Assembly (NCBI RefSeq): GCF_000012925.1
Contig: NC_007517.1
Coordinates: forward strand, 390,001 to 422,000
DNA length: 32,000 nt
Direction of reading: 5' to 3'
Origin: Geobacter metallireducens GS-15
Lineage (GTDB): Bacteria > Desulfobacterota > Desulfuromonadia > Geobacterales > Geobacteraceae
The first letter of the stretch is position 1, and the number at the start of each line of letters is the position of its first letter. The notes beneath the pieces are model-generated. The model ran no database searches, was not told the DNA's origin, and saw only the letters and a list, made by a program, of their open reading frames with translations. The translations under genes and the position numbers were made by a program. This document shows positions 27,638-32,000 of the stretch, piece by piece.

Positions 27638-28546
27638 CTACCTCAGCACCAGGAGCAGCGAAAACGCCGCCAGGATGCAGGCCGCCGCCAGCATCTGGGG
27701 GACCTTGGGGAGCCGCAGCCGTGCCATGACCGATTCCACCATGCCGATCCCCACGGCCAGCATCATCATGGCGATCACGAAGAGGACCCAGTCCACCACG
27801 GGGATGCCGGTGGCATAGGGGAGGGCGATGTCGGTGAACAGGGCACCCAGCACGAAGAGTTTCAGGGCCGCCCCGTAGAGGATGGCGCCGAAGAGGGGGC
27901 CGCTGTGGTCGAGCACCATCACCTCGTGGATCATGGTCAGTTCCAGGTGGGTGGTGGGGTCGTCGAAAGGGACCCGGCAGTTCTCGGCCAGGAGCACGAT
28001 GAAGAGGCTTCCCACCAGCAGGAGGAGCGATGCGCCGGCCGAAAGCCAGGAGGTGGCGGCAGTCCCGGTCAGCATGGGGGTCAGGGAGAGGGAGCCGGAG
28101 AGCCGTGCCAGCACCGCCAGGGAGAAGAAGAGGGCCGGCTCGGCCAGGCAGGCGAAGGTGGCCTCCCGGGCCGCCCCCATCCCCTCGAAGCTGGAACCGG
28201 TATCCAGGGCCGCCGCCGTGGTGCAGAAGCGGGCCAGCCCGAAGAGATAGGCGAAGAGGATCATGTCGCCGCTGAAAGAGAGAGGGGGGCGGTGCTCCCC
28301 GAGGGGGATCAGGAGCGAGGCCACAAGCGTTGCCGCCAGGCCCGCCACTGGTCCCGCCCGGAAGACCCAGCTCGTGGTTTCGCTGAAGACCGACCCCTTG
28401 CGCACGAGCTTTGCCAGGTCGTAGTACGCTTGAAAAAGCGGTGGACCGGTGCGGCCTGCAAAGATGGCCTTGGTCCGGTTGATCACCCCGAGCAGCAGCG
28501 GCGGCATGAGCAGGGTAATCAGGATATGGATAACGGCGTCGACCAT
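27638..28546 (-). CDS. NuoH / HycD / HyfC-like membrane subunit
   Basis: 302 aa. The N-terminal ...GVINRTKAIFAGRTGPPLFQAYYDLAKLVRKG is the conserved NuoH/HycD loop. AGGAG lies upstream. Confidence 0.9.
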   Translation of the reverse strand: MVDAVIHILITLLMPPLLLGVINRTKAIFAGRTGPPLFQAYYDLAKLVRKGSVFSETTSWVFRAGPVAGLAATLVASLLIPLGEHRPPLSFSGDMILFAYLFGLARFCTTAAALDTGSSFEGMGAAREATFACLAEPALFFSLAVLARLSGSLSLTPMLTGTAATSWLSAGASLLLLVGSLFIVLLAENCRVPFDDPTTHLELTMIHEVMVLDHSGPLFGAILYGAALKLFVLGALFTDIALPYATGIPVVDWVLFVIAMMMLAVGIGMVESVMARLRLPKVPQMLAAACILAAFSLLLVLR

Positions 28547-28561
28547 TCCCTTCCTGCTCCT

Positions 28562-30571
28562 TTAATAGGCCCACGCCAGCAAGAGCGCCAGCGTCACGAA
28601 GATGTAGAGGATATAAAGGTGGAGCCGGCCGTGCTGGAGCTTGCGGGCCAGAGAGAACCTCCGGTCCATGGCCGAGAGGAGCGGCGTGATGACCAGTTCC
28701 AGTACCGCTTCGGGAACATGGCTCGAAAAGGCGCTTTTCCCCGGGAAGAGGCCCTGAACCTTGGGCGGGTGGACCCGGGGGCGGAGCACCGCGGCGAATA
28801 GGTTCACGAACATCTCTGCAAAGGAAGAGGCGGTGTACTGCATCCGGACAGTGGGACGGGCAAAGCCGCAGCCCCAGGTGCCGACTCTCCCCCGAGGTTG
28901 ATCCGTTACCCGCTTCCAGAGCCAGGCGCCGATGCCGAGAATCGCCAGAAGGAGGATGAGCCCCATGAGGGTAATCCAGCCAAAGGGCGCCGCATCCGCC
29001 AGCCGGACGCCGGCAAAGGGGAGCTGGGGGCTCCAGGCAAAGAGGGCCGGCTCCAGAAAGCGTGGGAGTGCCACGGGGAGGAGGCCGATGGCTGCGCAGA
29101 GTATGGCAAGGAGCATCATGGGGCCCCGCATGGCCCACCCCGGTTCGTGGCACCCGGCCGCGTCGGACGACCGGGGTAACCCCAGGAAGACCGTGCCGAA
29201 TACCTTCACGAAGCAGAGGACCGCCATCCCTCCCACCATGGCCAGGGCCGGCGCCGCCAGCCCCAGCAGGGGGGCCGCGGCCCCCTTTTCCTGCACGAGG
29301 CCGGAGAAAAAGCCGAGATAGACGAGAAGCTCACTCACAAAGCCGTTCAGGGGGGGGAGTCCGCAAATGGCCACGGCGCCGGTGAGAAAGAGGGCCGCGG
29401 TCCAGGGCATCCGTCGGCCCAGCCCGCCGAGGCTGTCGATCTCCCGGGTCCCAGCCTCGTGAATTACCGCACCGGCCCCGAGGAAGAGGAGGGACTTGAA
29501 AAGGGCGTGATTCAGGATATGGAGAAGCGCCCCCCCGAGCCCGAGGACCACCAGGAGCGGCAGTCCCGCTCCCCTGCCGATGAGGGCAACGCCGAGCCCC
29601 ATGACGATGATGCCGATGTTTTCGATGCTGTGGTAGGCCAGGAGCCGCTTCAGGTCGTGCTGTCCCACGGCAAAGGCAACCCCGAGGATTCCCGACACAA
29701 TTCCCGCCATAAGAAGAACCATCCCCCACCAGGGCGGGACCACTCCGAAGAAGGAGAGGATGCGGACCATGCCGTAGATTCCCATCTTGATGAGGACTCC
29801 CGACATGAGGGCCGACACGTGGCTCGGTGCGCTGGCATGGGCGCCCGGGAGCCAGACGTGAAGCGGCATCACCCCTGCCTTGAGGCCAAAGCCCAGGAGA
29901 GCGGTCACGAAAATGGCGGCCCCAAGGGGAGTTGTTCCGTCCAGCGCCGTTGTCGCAGGAAATGAAAAGGAACCGGCAGTCGCTTTTAGCAGGGAGAAGC
30001 AGGCGAAGAGGGTGAGGGTGCTTGCGTGGGTTGCCACGAGATAGATGAGGGATGCGTCTCGAACCTCCTGCTCCAGATCGTCGGTGGCGAGGGCAAAGTA
30101 GGCGGAAAGGGCCATGATCTCCCAGAAGATGAGAAAAAGGACTCCGTTCCGGGCCAGGGGGACCAATGCCAGGGAAGCGGCGAGGACGCCGAAGAAAAAG
30201 GTGAGCCGCGGTGCCGTGCGGGGGTGGTGGCTGGCGGGCCAGTAGCCGATGCCGTACACGGCGCAGCAGGCGCTGACGATGAAGACGGGGAGGAGGAAGA
30301 AGGCGGAGAGCGGGTCGATGCCGGCCTCAAGGGGGCCGAAGGGAAGCGAGCTTACGAGGGTGTAGGAGACGGTCCGTTCAGTAAAGAGCGTTGCCAGGGC
30401 ACCGATGATTCCCAGGATGGAGCCGAGAACGACGGTGAGAGAGGCGCATTTCTGCCCCCAGTCCAGCTTCTTGGGGAGAAAAAGGCCCGGAATGCCCGAC
30501 GCGCCGATCAGGAGCGCGCCGGCTATGACCAGGCTGACAGGATTGTCAGGCCCTGCCGTTGATGCTTCCAT
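28562..30571 (-). CDS. NuoL / MrpA / HyfB-like antiporter-type membrane subunit
   Basis: The preferred start is ATG 30571 (GGAGA 7 nt upstream), giving 669 aa. The track start at 30634 adds a Cys/Arg-rich 21 aa with no RBS. Typical motifs: WEIMALSAY and LLAYHSIENIG. Confidence 0.9.
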   Translation of the reverse strand: MEASTAGPDNPVSLVIAGALLIGASGIPGLFLPKKLDWGQKCASLTVVLGSILGIIGALATLFTERTVSYTLVSSLPFGPLEAGIDPLSAFFLLPVFIVSACCAVYGIGYWPASHHPRTAPRLTFFFGVLAASLALVPLARNGVLFLIFWEIMALSAYFALATDDLEQEVRDASLIYLVATHASTLTLFACFSLLKATAGSFSFPATTALDGTTPLGAAIFVTALLGFGLKAGVMPLHVWLPGAHASAPSHVSALMSGVLIKMGIYGMVRILSFFGVVPPWWGMVLLMAGIVSGILGVAFAVGQHDLKRLLAYHSIENIGIIVMGLGVALIGRGAGLPLLVVLGLGGALLHILNHALFKSLLFLGAGAVIHEAGTREIDSLGGLGRRMPWTAALFLTGAVAICGLPPLNGFVSELLVYLGFFSGLVQEKGAAAPLLGLAAPALAMVGGMAVLCFVKVFGTVFLGLPRSSDAAGCHEPGWAMRGPMMLLAILCAAIGLLPVALPRFLEPALFAWSPQLPFAGVRLADAAPFGWITLMGLILLLAILGIGAWLWKRVTDQPRGRVGTWGCGFARPTVRMQYTASSFAEMFVNLFAAVLRPRVHPPKVQGLFPGKSAFSSHVPEAVLELVITPLLSAMDRRFSLARKLQHGRLHLYILYIFVTLALLLAWAY

Positions 30572-30657
30572 GGATGGTCTCCGGGAGAGGCAGAAGCGCT
30601 GTGTGTGGTCGCAGCACTCGCGGTGTGACGCCATTTTACTGGTGCGTACCTTTGCGG

Positions 30658-30686
30658 ACTATACGTCCTTAGGGAAAATGCGTCAA
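30658..30686 (-). promoter_or_regulatory. Candidate sigma70 promoter of the hyf-like (Ehr-type) operon
   Basis: On the minus strand: TTGACG (30686-30681), a 17-nt spacer, then TATAGT (30663-30658). A second overlapping TTGACT lies 7 nt upstream. The predicted leader is about 80 nt to ATG 30571. Confidence 0.5.
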
Positions 30687-31097
30687 TAGTCAAGTGGAGT
30701 CTGCCGCTGACAATGGTGGCGCGCAATGGCGGGTGAGACAAGGTTTTGCTTAACGGGTTTCGTTGAGATGGATTTGCGATAATTCCTGTTGACAAGAGGG
30801 GAGGAATCGGATTACTTATAGATCTGTACGACCTCATATTTGTCCATTGGAAATACCCCCGGCGTTCTTTCATTCCTTTACAAATCAGGCGCTCCACTCA
30901 AAACCATAATCAACGTGCGTCGCTACGCCTATTCGGAAAAGTTACGACATTCGATTACATAAGAGCACAGATTCCACGTATCCACAAACAGGTGCGTTTC
31001 CCGCTTTCGTTACGTTCAGTTATCCGATGAATGACCCCGACAATGAGCCCGCCATCATTCAGCAACTATCCCGTTGCGCCCGTCCACAGGAGAACCG

Positions 31098-32000
31098 ATG
31101 AATCTTCAGGAGCTTAAAGGCAAAAAAATCAATGAGCTTGCGGCAATCGCCAAGGGCCTCAACATCGAGGGTGCCTCAAGCCTGCGCAAGCAGGATCTGA
31201 TTTTTGCCATCCTCAACGCCCAGACCGAGAAAAACGGTATGATCTTCGGCGAGGGGGTCCTGGAATGTCTTCCCGACGGCTTCGGCTTTCTCCGGGCGCC
31301 GGACTACAACTATCTGCCGGGGCCTGACGATATCTATGTTTCTCCTTCTCAGATTCGCCGGTTCAACCTCCATACCGGCGACACCGTTTCCGGCCAGATC
31401 CGCCCCCCCAAGGAGGGGGAGCGCTACTTTGCCCTCCTCAAGGTGGAGACGGTCAACTTCGAGCCACCCGAGGTGGCCCGGGATAAGATCCTCTTCGATA
31501 ACCTCACTCCCCTTTATCCCGACGAAAAGCTGAAGCTGGAGACCGCGCCGGATAATATGCCGATGCGGGTCCTGGAGCTCGTCTCTCCTATCGGCAAGGG
31601 GCAACGGGGCCTCATTGTGGCGCCGCCCCGCACCGGCAAGACGATGCTCATCCAGAACATCGCCAACTCCATTGCGGAGAACCATCCCGAGGTCTACCTG
31701 ATCGTCCTTCTCATCGACGAGCGCCCCGAAGAGGTTACCGACATGCAGCGCTCGGTCCGGGGGGAGGTGGTTTCCTCCACCTTCGACGAGCCCGCCACCC
31801 GCCACGTGCAGGTAGCCGAGATGGTCATCGAGAAGGCGAAGCGCCTCGTGGAGCACAAGCGGGACGTGGTGATTCTCCTCGACTCCATCACCCGCCTCGC
31901 CCGGGCCTATAACACGGTGCTCCCCCCCTCCGGCAAGATCCTCACCGGCGGCGTGGACGCCAACGCTCTCCAGAAGCCGAAGCGCTTCTTCGGCGCGGCC
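31098..32000 (+). CDS. rho: Transcription termination factor Rho (N-terminal 301 codons; continues past the right edge)
   Basis: Hand translation from ATG 31098 gives [117 protein letters not shown]... It contains Walker A PPRTGKT and [13 protein letters not shown]. It is absent from the ORF track because there is no stop in the window. Confidence 0.97.
   Translation, partial: MNLQELKGKKINELAAIAKGLNIEGASSLRKQDLIFAILNAQTEKNGMIFGEGVLECLPDGFGFLRAPDYNYLPGPDDIYVSPSQIRRFNLHTGDTVSGQIRPPKEGERYFALLKVETVNFEPPEVARDKILFDNLTPLYPDEKLKLETAPDNMPMRVLELVSPIGKGQRGLIVAPPRTGKTMLIQNIANSIAENHPEVYLIVLLIDERPEEVTDMQRSVRGEVVSSTFDEPATRHVQVAEMVIEKAKRLVEHKRDVVILLDSITRLARAYNTVLPPSGKILTGGVDANALQKPKRFFGAA

Noticed and set aside
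26813-29153. Two very long overlapping ORFs, 26813..28801(+), 662 aa, and 27207..29153(-), 648 aa, over the HyfE/HyfC/HyfB-like genes
   Set aside because: Their products are extremely charged (DEHHEDDE..., RRHRPPPRG...). In contrast, the in-frame minus-strand ORFs encode coherent polytopic membrane proteins with NuoH/NuoL family motifs. These are shadow ORFs.
30572-30800. Sigma54 (-24/-12, TGGCAC-N5-TTGC) promoter for the hyf-like operon, as in E. coli hyf/hyc
   Set aside because: Neither strand shows a GG/GC pair with correct spacing. A good sigma70-type promoter is present instead.
30523-30897. 124-aa ORF on the minus strand in the rho / Ehr intergenic region
   Set aside because: It overlaps the HyfB-like start and the promoter, has no RBS, has atypical AT-rich codon usage for this genome and has no recognisable motif.

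Overview
This is a visibly GC-rich chromosomal segment. The gene content and protein sequences look like a Geobacter/Desulfuromonadales-type deltaproteobacterium; that is my own recognition and is not verified by any search. I support 27 protein-coding genes and see no tRNA, rRNA, CRISPR array, IS element or integrase.

From left to right the window contains:
- a truncated response regulator (-)
- ileS-lspA (+)
- a convergent beta-barrel outer-membrane protein (-)
- PBP1A (+) and HU (+)
- an AsmA-like/YdbH-like giant envelope protein followed by a lipoprotein that looks like a YnbE-YdbL fusion (+)
- a MATE exporter (-) divergent from a marR-DUF1904-SDR unit (+)
- ssb (-)
- a tightly packed plsC / small TM protein / TPR-like protein / RNase J / ftsK / small TM protein operon (+)
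- a seven-gene minus-strand operon colinear with E. coli hyf (HyfB, C, E, F, G-like, then an IclR regulator, then a ferredoxin-NuoB/HyfI fusion)
- a ~460-bp AT-richer divergent control region and the 5' part of rho (+)

The most interesting locus is the hyf-like operon. Its large subunit has lost the NiFe-ligating cysteine pairs, making it an Ehr-type, energy-converting-hydrogenase-related complex of unknown substrate. An IclR-family regulator is embedded between the two catalytic-module genes, and no maturation or partner-dehydrogenase genes are present in the window. The second notable locus is the YdbH-like gene with the apparent YnbE-YdbL fusion lipoprotein. Most long ORFs in the track that lie antisense to these genes are GC-driven shadow ORFs.
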